NCBI GenBank assembly: GCA_951406725.2
Contig: OX597825.1
Coordinates: forward strand, 3,906,001 to 3,970,000
DNA length: 64,000 nt
Direction: 5' to 3'
From: Octopus vulgaris
Taxonomy: Eukaryota
The position numbers and the translations under genes were made by a program. Under the pieces are notes generated by a model, which was given only the letters and a program-made list of their open reading frames with translations, made no database searches and was not told the origin of the DNA. Positions 24,136 through 37,754 of this stretch are shown piece by piece (position 1 is the stretch's first letter; each line of letters opens with the position of its first letter).

Positions 24136-24417
24136 ATGGGTATATGGCATAGTGGTTATGAGCGGAGGCTACTAATCCCAAGATTCCGAATTCAATTCCA
24201 AGCAGTCATCTGAATAATAATACTAATAATAACAACAACAACAACAACAACAGCAACAACAACAACATCGAAAAATACCTTAGGAATGCGAACCCAGTTT
24301 CGAAATGAAATTTCCCCAAGACACCTGATGAAGGCTGGAGAGTATATCAGCCGAAACGTGTTAACAAGAAACAGGGTAAGGGCAAATACCCGTCAAAATG
24401 TAAATAATGTAAATAAA
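24136..24417 (+). mobile_element. tRNA-headed SINE-like element carrying a hammerhead (family D)
   Basis: A box TGGCATAGTGG 24145-55, B box GAATTCAATTCC 24188-99, (AAT/AAC)n spacer, HHR 24321-24362, tail aatgtaaataatgtaaat. Homologous to 33505-33830. Confidence 0.75.
24321..24362 (+). ncRNA. Hammerhead motif, family D (cleavage triplet deleted)
   Basis: ACAC-CUGAUGA-A-GGCUG(GAGAGUAUAU)CAGCC-GAAAC-[GUU missing]-GUGU. Confidence 0.65.
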
Positions 24418-25087
24418 GTAAAGATTTTTTGTTTGGAATCCTGTCAAACGTTCCATTTCTGTGATTTAATCCAAGAATTCTTTTCATATAGCAACAATTT
24501 GAAAAGTTTTATGCCGTGCTTCCAGCACTAAAATAGCCTGCGTTACACTTGTTTTATTCATGTAATAGAGGATTCTGGGAATAAAATATTATTCACAAGA
24601 ATAGATATAGATTCTTCCTTTATGACTTTCTGATTACAAGTCTTTGAAAAATTAAAGGCTTAATCATTGCTAAACTAGTTATCCTTCTTAATCGAGCATC
24701 TGTATGTTCAAATCTATATGAAGAAATGTTTTGCTGGGTCAAAAAACCTGAACTTCATATAAACAATAAAATAACTCAAAGTAAACCAGTTACAAAATGC
24801 TTCATATCATGGGCTTTGCTAATAGTTTTCAATATTAAACTAGCGAAATTATATCATATAAGGTTGCTCTAATTTGATGCACCTGTTTATCCAATTTCTA
24901 AAATTTAATTATTCAGATATTGGATTGATATAAAGTTAATTGCAATTCCTATCAGATTTAGATATGGATTAGAACAAGATTTAAGCAGATATATCTGATG
25001 CGGCATAATTGAATCACTGATAAATTATATCCAAATAGGATTAACAGATTACATGAGGTATATGGCAATTAAATGTTGTTGTTGACG

Positions 25088-25382
25088 TTGTTTGTTCCTT
25101 CTCGAGCCATGCCTGACTCATAAGAGCCAATTTTCCGGTTTCATTGGCGCATAGGTACCCCAATAGGACGGGACGCCGGTCCGCCGCAGGTGAGCTGCAA
25201 GATGCAGGAGGAAAGAGTGAAAGAAAGTTCTGGCGAAAGAGTCAGTAAAAGTTCGCCATTATCTTCTGCTGGAGACGCGTGGAGCTTAGGTGTTCTTTCT
25301 TTAAACACACACTTCGCCCGCTCTGAGATTCGAACCCGTGGTCCAGTGTCCGCTGCTCTAACCACTAGGCCATGTGTCTCCA
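25088..25382 (-). mobile_element. SINE family S3
   Basis: Minus strand GGAGACACATGGCCTAGTGGTTAGAGCAGCGGAC..GGGTTCGAATCTCAGAG; aligns to 860-1161. Confidence 0.85.
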
Positions 25383-25427
25383 CAATTAAGTGTACGTCTA
25401 CTAAATATTAACTTGTATAAGGAAATT

Positions 25428-25890
25428 AGAGGAAGCGCTCTCGCCTAGTGGTTAGGTCGTAGGATCGCGGTTTCGAATCCTAGACCGGTCATTGAGCAAA
25501 AACACCAAAAGCTCCACGAGGCTCGGCATGGGTTGGTGGTGAACCCTGCTGTACTCTTTCACTACAATGTTCTCGCACTTTTTCTTTCTGTTCCTGCTGT
25601 ACCTGTATTTCAAAGGGCCAACATTGTCACCCTCTGTGTCACGCTGAATCTTCCCGAGAACTACGTTAAGGGTACACGTCTCTGTGGAGAGCTCAACCAC
25701 TTGCACGTTATCATGCAAGCTGTATCGGCCTTTGCCTTTCCCTTGGATTACATCGGTGGCGTGGAGAGGAGAGGCTGATATGCTTGGGCGACTGTTGGTC
25801 ATACACAAACAACCTTGCCCGGACTTGTGCCTCGGAGTGTAAGTTTGAAGGAGCAATATCATGGTCATTCATGACCGAAGGGGGTCACAA
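25428..25890 (+). mobile_element. tRNA-derived SINE family S4
   Basis: gcctagtggttagg...gatcgcggtttcgaatcctagaccgg head related to S3; GC-richer body; tail catggtcattcatgaccgaagggggtc. Confidence 0.6.
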
Positions 25891-27531
25891 CACAACAATA
25901 ATTAAATTGAAGGTCGCATAACGCTCAATTCAATTTCAAAGATCAAATCAGCGTCATTTATTTAAGATTAACTTAATTTAAAATAACAGTGTAATATATA
26001 ATGTATTTCAAATAAGTGAAATATAAACAATATGAACATTTTTGTTTATGCTTCTGAATTTCTACAGTAAACATGGTTCTTCCGAAAATTCAAGCATTGT
26101 TTTCGATGCTATTTAGTCATGTCTATGTTGATATTTGAAAGTATTGTCTAATCATAAACGTACAGCAAAATTGAATCTAAATTAACCTTTCTTTGCAACG
26201 TCTTCTTGCGACTTTGTTCTCTTAATATCAATCAGAAAATCTATAAACGTTTATAATTTCATAAATCTACTTGATAACAGACATATAATTACAGAACACA
26301 GGCGCAGGGCAATATGCATAATACCTCTAATTATTTGAAAGAAATTACAAAATATATCTGAATAAAAATTAAACACAATTAATAATAAATATTGCTCATC
26401 GCCTTTAAATATATAATATATTATATTGGCTTATTGCACTTTGCCGAAAAGAAATATGTATTAAATTACAATGCATAGAAGGAACTGAATATATAAAGGA
26501 GTTTAAATTACAGGAGATCAACGACAGATCCATTTCACGATGCATGTAAAGAGACACCCGGAAGAGCCATTATGTAAGCGCTTAATATTCATGACAGTTG
26601 GGATGAAGAATTGGGTCATCACAAATAAATCCTTTTAACCGAAAGAGAAGACAGAATGTGTATAATCACCTTACAACTGTTACAAAAATAGTTGCATAAT
26701 TGATGTAGTGCTTGTAATCTCTCGGCAGCCAAAAATATATTGGCATCTTCTCGTTGTTTCAGAGGGATTTGTATATTGGAATGCTGCTCAGCAAATTTAC
26801 GACTTCATAATCCCTTTGCGTGTTAAGGCATTACTTATTTTCTCATTCTCACCTTCTCTTACCTTCACTTTTCCCTTCCATCTGCTACTTCCCTAAACCT
26901 GACACACAAACAGCTATTCTGGATGAGTGCATTATCTTTTAACATCTAATTTTCCACTCATTAATTATTGGCTCTCTTTCACACATTGCCGCTTCCAGAG
27001 TGTCTGGCCGAACTGAAAACTCCAACGCTCAGCGATTCAACGTTTCACTGTTCTATGTCCTGAAGTGTCTCTTTCACAATTCCCCACGTAGAAACATTTG
27101 TCTCCTCACATACAAGAATACTGCACTGATATTATAACCATCCCTCTGTGGACTCTTTCTGATCTGCCCTGATTTATAAAACCTTATGTATTCTGTCACT
27201 CTATATCTTGTATAGAAAATAAATTTGCCATAATCTGAGCTGATACCTGCTCTGTGACTCTTTGAACTTTTATTCTATTACGCATGCACCAGCGTGATCG
27301 AAACTTTTCCTATTACCAGCTGTTTGTTAGGCAGTTATCACATCGCTGCATTTGTAGTTGCATTTAAAATGGAAGTTTATGAACGAATTCGACCTCAGCA
27401 CTAATCGTGTTTTGATATTAATTTACATCTGTAGACAATTTAATCCCTGCTGTATATTTCACACACACACACACACACACACGCGCACGCAAATACCATA
27501 AATATATACATACACACACACACACGCACAC

Positions 27532-27611
<80 letters not shown>

Positions 27612-28409
27612 CGCATGTACGTGAAATATATACGTATATACACACAGGAACACACATACAAACCGGAGATCGTAAATAATTAATGCTAAATCTTTCAGAA
27701 AAGTCTATTAGGAGAAAACAACAAATAATGCTTTTAATTTAGATACTTTACACATGCAATGAATTTATTATTACATGACTGTGTATTAATTGCGAAGATT
27801 TCTCTAAAATGACATTGTTCAATAAATACACTTTGAAGAACTTACTGAATATCATACGTAATAACGATAGGGTTTGCTTCAGGCTACCTCAGCATGATCA
27901 AATATTTAAAACTAACTGACATTTATTAGAGATTGGAATTTCGTGTATATTTAATGGCATGCACATTAGAAATTTGTCAGTAAATATTTATGCATTGCTA
28001 TATTTGTTGCTTTTAGAACCAAATAATATATTTAAAATTTTCAATACGAAAGGTGTTATTAATGTGACGCAGATGCACATAAAAGTAATCTTCCTCAGTT
28101 TTATAAAATATGAAGCAGTGAAAACTATTCACCTTTGAATCTGATTTAATATCCACATCCATCTCCATTACATTAATTGCACAACTAGATGTTGTCCAAC
28201 GCAGACTCTAACATCTATGACAATGTGTGTTTATTGTCTTTTCGTTTTCCCCTTTCACTGTCACAAATTAGCAGCGACACAGTTGTAAATTCTTTATGTA
28301 TTCATAAACATTTGGTGATACTGCCGTTACGATCTTCATATATCATAACATTTTAGATTTTCAAAATATTCTCTGTATTTTGGCGAATCTTTCCACTGTA
28401 TACCGATAT

Positions 28410-28530
28410 AGGCGCAGATGTCGCTGTGTGGTAAACGCTTGCTTACAAATTCTACTTTTCTTGGGCAATCGTCTTCGAATATAGGCAAGTCAAGGCAAAG
28501 CCTCCCCAGTGGATTTGGTAGACGTGAACC
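28410..28530 (+). mobile_element. Degenerate SINE S1 copy
   Basis: aggcgcagatgtcgctgtgtggtaa..cttgggcaa..gtggatttggtagacg. Confidence 0.6.
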
Positions 28531-28546
28531 ATTTGCAGAAAGACAT

Positions 28547-28610
<64 letters not shown>

Positions 28611-28613
<3 letters not shown>

Positions 28614-29712
28614 TAGTTGAATGAATTATCTTGTTATGGATAATTCGGTTAACCGATACCTGGGTAGCAAATTCACATCAGAGAAGACACGTTTGAAGTT
28701 ACGTGCTTTCGTGTGGAAATTTGTATGTTTTTTTAATATAAATATATGAAAGAATGGATTTGAACGACGAATTAACAAAATTCCTTTATAAGGAGTGACG
28801 TCAAAATGGTTGGATGTAGAATATTCTAGAAGGTTCTCAAGTTTCAAGGGTTCAAACGAAGTAGGAGAAGAGAGGCATAAGAATAGGAAGGTGAAAGGGT
28901 GCAGTTCAAATGAATGGTGAATTTTTCTTTTGTGAATAAGTGTCTGTGTGTGTGACTGTATATAACGGCATTAATGTGTGTGTGTATGCGTGATTGTGTA
29001 TGTGGATGGGTGGGTGTCAGAAAACAGACAGTGGTGAGGTGAACAGTTTATGTTTGTGTGTTTAATTGTGCTTACTATAGATAGAGGGAAAGAGAGAGAG
29101 AAAGAAAGAGAGAGAAAGAGAAGGGCGAGGTATAGGGACAAAGGTAACACATACCTCACTGGCTTGGGTAGTAGTTCTTTGAAAGTATAAAAAGAATTTA
29201 TTGACTATGGGGGTGAAATATATTAAAAAAAAGTGTTATATTAATTAAAATTCAAGGGGCTATCTATAGTAATCATTATTCATATGATTGAAAGGTGTGT
29301 TTTTCCCAGGACCTCTCGACGATTGTATTTATTAAAGGGACTTTGGCGAACAAAATATGAAAAATTTCGGAATTACAGACGTCACAATGTTTTCTGCCCT
29401 TGTCAAACGGGAAGGACACCGACAATATGGACCATTCCAGTTTGAAAGTTGTATTGCTGTCCTTCAGACGCCAAACTAATTTACTTAGTCCCGTGCTGTG
29501 TTGTTTTCTCTTATCTCTGAAAGTTGAATAATGGTGTGAGCAGTCATCTAAAAGTTTTTTGTGCATCTTGATGTTGACATAAGTTCCTTGATTTTCCTGA
29601 TGAGAAAGCAGCATAATATACTCCTTATTCCTTCGCAATTAGGAATATGCAGCCTTCGAAACATATGTCGAAAATAAAGGAATTTTGTTAATTCGTCGTT
29701 CAACTCCATTCT

Positions 29713-29720
<8 letters not shown>
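28611..29720 (-). mobile_element. Truncated second-type Penelope-like element (GIY-YIG C-terminus and 3' UTR) with inverted HHR-containing end
   Basis: ORF 29276-29638: HHYSTFRDKRKQHSTGLSKLVWRLKD..FKLEWSIL..PFDKGRKHCDVCNSEI..I..LIN. Inverted repeat 28749-28788 / 29674-29714; (TA)n on both flanks. Confidence 0.8.
29591..29675 (+). ncRNA. Canonical type-I hammerhead ribozyme
   Basis: AUUUUC-CUGAUGA-GAAAGC-A-GCAUA...UAUGC-A-GCCUUC-GAAAC-AUAU-GUC-GAAAAU: perfect core, GUC triplet, palindromic stem III ACAUAUGU, stem I extended by UUCCUU/AAGGAA. Confidence 0.88.
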
Positions 29721-29772
<52 letters not shown>

Positions 29773-29775
29773 CAT

Positions 29776-29810
<35 letters not shown>

Positions 29811-31328
29811 CATATAAACGGCAGTCTCAATGGATGTCTCTTTGTTTGTGTCAAGTTGCCGTTTACACTCGTAAATGAATCTTCGTGAAATTTTGCATAC
29901 ATGTTAAAATAACATCTACCTTCTTACTAGGCTCATTGCAGTTTAACAAAAAAATCTATATTTGAACGGCTACGGCCTAGAGAAGTGATCCTGATATCAA
30001 TCATCTATTTTCGTTTAACGGTCAAGGGGAAATAACCCATTCATTTTTCTTTATAAATCAAGCAGAACTGTTGCGCTTATTTTTGCACTTTACCCAGAAC
30101 AACTGATAACCAAGTAAATCGTATTTTCCTCAACAATAAATCCCCTTATTCCCGTTAGTGACTTATTCACGAATATACCATGAATGACGATTGCCTTACA
30201 TGTCACTTCAGCCAACCGACAGGCGTTGCATGAAGAACTGTTCTGCTTTTAGACAATTAATCGGTCATCAGAAAGGTCAAACCCCGTTGATATGTAGGAA
30301 CTTTTTAATTTATATTGATAGATATGTTAATGTTTTGTAACAATGTGCTCCTATGTAACAGCCAAGCCCACAAGCAGACAGAAATTGCCATTTATCTATC
30401 AATAACGTTGCAATCTCCACTGTCCTCATAAATGTTGTTCACACTCTGTTTGCACGTACTAATATCTTCTTAATTAATATTGATATCTGTGTTAATGTTT
30501 TCTTAAGATGTACCCTTTACTTTTCGTCAATGGCCAATGAAAAATAACGCATTTAAAATCCTTTCTTTATCTTCCCCTCCCCATTGGAACAAATGATGTC
30601 GTAGAATATTCAAATATATTTCATAGCTTATGTTTAGGAATGAACCATTCTTTCGAAGACAAAATAACGAATGCTGCACATTGAGATGAGAGGCAGAGAA
30701 GAAATAACATTTAAGTTATTACCCGATTTCAAAACAATTGGTGGAATCGCCCTCTAATATATTGAAATGTGTTACGTTACTTGGCTGACAAAGCATGTTC
30801 CAGTGTAAATGTAACATGTATGATTTTAGCGAATCTTTTATCATAAGTTTACTTCAGCAAGGTTAACGTAAGCAACATTTAAACCCGGAATAGTCGTTCT
30901 CTTTCTATTATCTAATGCTACACATGCGCTCATTCATTTCCCCTGGTTACCATTTACTGCAATCGCTACAAACATTTAGTATGATCACATCTCCTCTCTC
31001 TCTCTCTCTCTCTCTCCTCTGTCTCTCCCTTCCCCTCTTACCTCTATTTTCTCTAACTCTCTCAATGTCTCTCTCACTCTCTCTCCCTCTCTTTTATTGA
31101 AGCTATCTCTCTCTCTCTCTCTCTTTCTCATCTCTCTAATAGAAAGTAGCATATCACCAACATACAGGTGTCCCATTGCCCTCATTTCAGTATTTCGCCT
31201 GCACTACCTATTTAAAATGCTTTTGATATCCAAATCACATACACATAAGTATCACTGTAATTTGCTTAATATATAATCTGTCTTTTTCTATCTCCACGTT
31301 TTATTACAGCAAGACTGGGAAATGAAAA

Positions 31329-31915
<587 letters not shown>

Positions 31916-32766
31916 TATATATATATATTTATATATATATATATACATACATATACAAGTATAAATAATACGTAATTCTATCAACGAGCCACCAAAATTT
32001 CTCCCTACTGTAATAACGATTGTACGTTATTTCTTGGGAAGATAACTGTATAAATCATGATTACCCGTTCGCTGTTTTTTCCCTTGTACTCTACTTTTCA
32101 ACCTAATAATATCCATAAAATTTTCTCTGAGATAAACAGGCATTACAATTTCTCCGATAATCCAATCCCCTTTGCCAATAACATGTATAAACGTGCTGTA
32201 AGCCATATCAGCAGCTAGATATCATTTTACGATTGATGGAACGATATTTACACTCTCCTGGGGAATATATGCGTTAAATCTTCCTCAATGAAATACATAT
32301 CAACATTGAAACGATTAGCTTAGAAAAGCACTTAGATATTACAGTCAGTAAATGATACTACAAAAAAGAATAAATAAAAGAATGTGCGTTGAAACGTAGT
32401 TCTTATGCTAAATATGAAAGAAACACGAAATAAATATCATAGGTGAGATATAATTTCTATTATCATCGGAAAATATACTTTACGCTTAAATGTTATTTAT
32501 TTCATTGATATAATTTCGATCCGTTTGATTGCCTCTCACGCTTCTTCTTCAGTTCTTTTGATGAAATTTCTTTTCAAAGCACCCACGCTTATCATTGTGT
32601 ATTTACATTATGTTTAATTATTAAAGGTACCAGCAAAGTAAGGTGGCGGGGAACGAGATATATTCATCTAACCATATTACAACATATCATAATGAATAGT
32701 AAACAACCGCACATAGATACATGGATTTCATATCTATATACATATATAGTGGATATATAATACTTA

Positions 32767-32801
<35 letters not shown>

Positions 32802-32807
32802 CTACAT

Positions 32808-32892
<85 letters not shown>

Positions 32893-32893
<1 letters not shown>

Positions 32894-33107
32894 TATTTAC
32901 TACCCACAAGGGGCTAAACACAGAGGGGACAAACAAGGACAGACAAAGGGATTACGCACTGGTGCGTAACTGGTACTTAATTTATCGACCCCGAAAGGAT
33001 GAAAGGCAAAGTCGACCTCGGCGGAATTTGAACTCGGAACGTAACAACGGACGAAATACGGTAACGCATTTCGCCCGGCGTGCTAACGTTTCTACCAGCT
33101 CGCCGCC
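32893..33107 (-). mobile_element. SINE family S2
   Basis: Reverse complement matches 62980-63210; inserted in (TA)n. Confidence 0.85.
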
Positions 33108-33387
33108 TTATATATATATACAAACTCCTAAATGCAAATCAGCATGGTTTTGCTATGACAGGGACTGTCTAACATAGTTGCTACACCACATTGAATATAT
33201 ACTTAAAGCCTTGGGAACAGGTTCGAACTCTGATGTCATATATCTCGACTTCAGTAAATTATTCGCCAGGGTTGAACCTAATATACTACTCTCAAAATTG
33301 GCAAATGTTGGGATCCGTAGAAAGCCAGTCAATATTGTACATTATTTCTAATGGACGGATATGTGTCCTCATCTTGTTTGTTGTTAG

Positions 33388-33429
33388 CACAACGTTTCGA
33401 CTGGTTTGCTCTCCAACCTTTATCAGGTG
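33388..33429 (-). ncRNA. Decayed hammerhead, family D (inverted copy)
   Basis: CAC-CUGAUAA-A-GGUUG(GAGAGCAAAC)CAGUC-GAAAC-GUU-GUG, with G8 mutated. Confidence 0.6.
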
Positions 33430-33584
33430 GCCCGGTGGAATTTTGATCCGAACCCTGGATTCTCATTCCTAAGGTATATTTTAGCTGATATTATTATAAT
33501 TGCCCATGCGAATATAACGTAATGGTTAAGAGCGCGGGCTACTCGCTCCAAGACTACGAGTTCAATACCAGGCGAATGCTTTGA

Positions 33585-33670
<86 letters not shown>

Positions 33671-33736
33671 CAACAATGTCAGGAAAAAATATCTTTAGTA
33701 ATGAGATCCTAGGTTTGGCTTCTAAATTCCTCCAAG

Positions 33737-33780
33737 ACACCTGATGAATGCTGGAGATTAAATCAGCCGAAACGTTGTGT
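33737..33780 (+). ncRNA. Minimal type-I hammerhead, family D
   Basis: ACAC-CUGAUGA-A-uGCUG(GAGAUUAAAU)CAGCC-GAAAC-GUU-GUGU, palindromic AACGUU. Confidence 0.75.
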
Positions 33781-34385
33781 TAACAACAAACATGATGAGG
33801 ACACATACGTCCAATGTAAATAATGTAAATTACGTCGGGAGTTTTTACAGGTTTACCTGCTACAAGCAGAATTGCAAGCCATCGCGTACATATGGGTCTA
33901 TCCTATGTCTCATTCTATATCTCTGTCGTATATATTTCTTACGACAAAGACATTTCAAGAACCGGTCATATTATTCATTGATGCATCATATATGAAGAAC
34001 AACATCATTAAGATTTAACTCTGTTGGAGCCTGACTTCAGCCTTGAAGACTTTTGCTGATGATTGTATCAAACTAAATTTCTTGTTGCTTCGGGATTTTA
34101 AACGTCATTTTTCCTCATTGCGTTCCTATTTTCATATATGTGTGCATTTTACTATTTGGAATATACTTCTATTTAATTTTGAATTTCAGGACTTTTTAAA
34201 GCGCGTATCAGATGAAAAAATGGTTTACGATTATTAATAAAATCATGAGCACAAGTAGATTATCCTTAAAACCAAAATAAATTAAAGAGAAAGATATTTT
34301 CATCGCACATCCATATTTTCTACAATGTAACTCCACTAAAATTAAATATCGCACTCGGATAATGCTGAAAGGAGCCACTTTGTAA

Positions 34386-34762
34386 TCTATATATATATAA
34401 AGCTGACGTTATCTGTGTATGTTATCAACTAACACTATCTCCTCCGAGACCCTGCGGTGCAAACTTACCATTATTGAGAGTATGATAGAAGGCATGCTCT
34501 TCTCTCCGTAGAAGAAAAAATTCAAATCGGACCATGTTAACACGAAAAATTATTTACATCAAAAAAGTGCTTTTTTTCTATGAAAATCCCTATTTTTTAA
34601 TGATTTTTCGACTGCGGTGTCGCCATTTTTCGGTGTATTTCAACCAGAAAAATGTTCACTTAAAGAGAATAACAAGCTACATAATGCAAAATTTTTACTT
34701 TTCAAAAATTCCAATTCTAAAGAGGCGAAACAAACCCGTACAACGCCGGGCGATACTGCTAG
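34386..34762 (+). mobile_element. Non-autonomous Helitron
   Basis: A|TCTATATATATATAAAG 5' end, subterminal GC hairpin cccgtacaacgccggg 34735-50, 3' CTAG|T, no TSD. Confidence 0.8.
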
Positions 34763-35134
34763 TTTAATGATAACGTCAATGATATGAAATTATTTAAAGC
34801 CAAGGCGCCGCAAGTACGTTTCATATATCAGGTAGATTCGTCTGTCATAAGCAGATGCAATATGTTGCACTTTAGATATTGTGTAAAATGAACATTCATA
34901 GAAATAAATCACTTCACAGTATTTTGATACACACGAAAAACACATTACCAAATGTAAAAGGAGCGCTTGCGGAATAGAAATTTGACTCACATTAGAATGG
35001 AGTATATGAATTGCGATTAGACGTGCTAATCGTTTTCAGAAAAAACCTTGCCTAAATTCCAATGATATATTACCAGCAAAAATCAAAATAAATTGAATAA
35101 AAATGTTATAAATAAGATATACGTGGAATTAGTG

Positions 35135-35171
<37 letters not shown>

Positions 35172-35723
35172 ATGTATGCATCTATGTATGTATGCATTTA
35201 TATATATATTGAAAAGTTTTATTAAAAATAATCGGCTTTAAAAGTTTCCAATAATTTACAGATGTAATGAAATGTCTATGATGGAAGTTAGTGAAAGATG
35301 CACTTAATTACATGGACGTAGGTTTTCATTTCTTTACAATTCACTCTCTTATTAAATTGGGAAATTTAAAATTTTGGCAGTGTACATAATTCAACAAAGG
35401 TGTAACGCGAAGAGTTAATAATTTCTTCGGATTGGTTTGGAAATCATCCATAATTGAAAGAACGTGGGTATATCCTCCAAATGCATTTCCATATAACATT
35501 ATATGTCTATTCAAAGCTTCCCTGATACATGTTTCAGTGACATATCATTGGCATAGCGTCACCAATTTCTCTGACAGAAAAACTGCAATACCAATATGCT
35601 GGTATAATCTCTTACATTAAACGACCTGGCAACCTCTTGTAATAATTTAAACTGAATCGATATAATGAATAAAATGGGTATACGTAGCTGATGAATGTTT
35701 ATATATAGACACATATGTGCATG

Positions 35724-35780
<57 letters not shown>

Positions 35781-35831
35781 AAATGCATACACACATATAT
35801 GTGATTATATGTGCATACCGGTATACATACA

Positions 35832-36500
35832 TTCGCGAGATCTGATCAATAATTATCCGTACTGTTGCCATAGTAACGAAGCTAAAGCCCTCAAAGTGAA
35901 ACCGCTTGCCGCAGAGTGATCTTGAACTCTGCAGTTCTAAATCATTTCTGCAGTTTACAGCAATGTTTGGAAGGAAGATGTGTAGCGTGCGATCATGGAA
36001 TAGAAAGTTGTCATGGCGATACCGGTCCAGATCTATACGCAAAGTTGCAGAAAGTATATGGAAAGGAGTGTATGAGCCTCACACAACAGTACGAGTGCTT
36101 TAGACGTTCCCAAGGTGGTCAAAAAATATGTCGCTACGGCGAACGTTGTGAAAGACCAGCAAGAAGCATAACTATGAATAGCAGCGCAGATGAGTGTGCA
36201 GGTGTAAGTGGAAATCGGCGGATCAGCATCCGTAATTTATCAGAGGATGTGTAGATTATTTACGGTTCAATTCAGTCTATTATCAATGAAGAATTGGTTA
36301 CGAGACTTGTGTCTGCAAAGTTTGTGCCAAAACTACTTTCAGCTGAGCAAATAGCCACGCGGGTTTCAGTCGACCATGATATCGTTGCTTGTGTCGAGAA
36401 CGATGAAAACCATTTGAAAACTTTGTGTAGGACTCTGTGTAGGTATTGCCAAGCTCGAATAAAGCTCTCGAATAAAGCTGTTCTGATTCTCTGAGAATAG
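35832..36500 (+). mobile_element. Decayed mariner-like element (same family as 18520)
   Basis: Shared 5' terminus; remnants LQKVYGKECMS, ERPARS, NRRISIRNLSEDV, RLVSAKFVPKLLS (WVPxxL-type motif). Confidence 0.75.
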
Positions 36501-37489
36501 TGGAAAATATACCATTTAAGTGTACACTTGAGAAAAAGGACAATAAACTGGTATTTACGTATCACATTTTGAAATATATTTATGTCTCTTTTAATGTTTG
36601 TCAATGGAATTTATGTTACTTGTACAAATTTCTTTTTACATTTCAGAGAGTTCATTGATAAATTAACTTTATGAATGTGTGTTTTTTACATCTTTTAAAA
36701 AAAATATTGGCAGTTAATTTTCTGGTGTATTGAATTTAGAGGAACCGTAAAAGAATCAGAATAGGAAAACCATGACTTCACAGACTGCTATACGTTTTTG
36801 ATCATATCTATTTCTACGGAAGTTCTGTCAGTTTTGAAATTAACCATAATTGAACATGAGAAATTTATTCAACAGATGTTTCGACCTTTTTTGAAATTTT
36901 TCAATACTGTGGCATCTTCTCAAATTTCAATTCTTTGTTTCTGCTATCACATCACTGGCCACAGCGAATTTCTAAAACCTCATTAATTTGTAGTCTGTTT
37001 ATCCCTCTTGGTTCTGAAGTGTTTCGACCCTTGACTGATATATGTCTTCATACAAAGAATTTTAGAAATGAAAATAAGCTAACCAAAATTCCGAAGCCTC
37101 CATCCAAAACAATGCTTCAATCTATAGCTGTTGATGCTTCCAGTCCCGACATCGGTGAAGTTTTATACCAATGACCAGTGATGAGTAGCAAACCATGTCA
37201 ATCTACAACCGGCAGAGACTGCATACATTATATTTGGATGTGAATGCTTCGTAACTGACGTGTCAGAAAAAGAATTCTATTATATTTTCGAACATCGATC
37301 TATTTCGAAGTGCACCTGTAACATACCTCTCATTCATGCATACACCACAATTCTTAAACACAACACACTAACCTCTGGTAATTCGGCAATTTGGTTTTAT
37401 TCACTACTATATAGACTCATCCGTTTCACATCAACCGCATTGATACAGAGACATTCATAGAAGTCAGAAACGATTCTTTCATTATTATG

Positions 37490-37754
37490 TATGGGGCGCA
37501 GTTGACGCCAAAGATGAACTGAAGGTAAGGATTAAACAAAGAGACCGTCCAGAAGAGTTGCAAGAGATACTGATAACGTCTGGTGGCCGTGATTTGAGGC
37601 AATGGTGATTTTACTGAACAAATTTATTGTGTAGTATTTTCAAATATTTTTATGTAATTTTGGTAAATATATCTATAAAAATGAGATGTTAGTGTTATTT
37701 CATTTTTGCATAACTTAGTAACTTAGACTGCAATTCATTCACCGCAGCCTGTAC
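37490..37754 (+). mobile_element. Tc1-like 3' terminal fragment
   Basis: gaactgaaggtaaggatt...cgtctggtggccgtgatttgaggcaatggtgat resembles the Tc1 C-terminal ELK.RI...RL.AV..A.G; ends ...cagcctg|ta. Confidence 0.4.

Larger units (their letters stand above)
33338..33830 (+). mobile_element. Family D tRNA-HHR element (33505-33830) preceded by an inverted copy of its 3' half (33338-33497)
   Basis: A box-like TAACGTAATGG 33515-25, B box GAGTTCAATACC 33558-69, long (AAT)n, HHR 33737-33780. The inverted copy holds a decayed HHR at 33388-33429. Confidence 0.75.

Noticed and set aside
29812-30500. Possible Helitron 5' end (tataaacggcag...) and body
   Set aside because: No 3' hairpin or CTAG terminus identified
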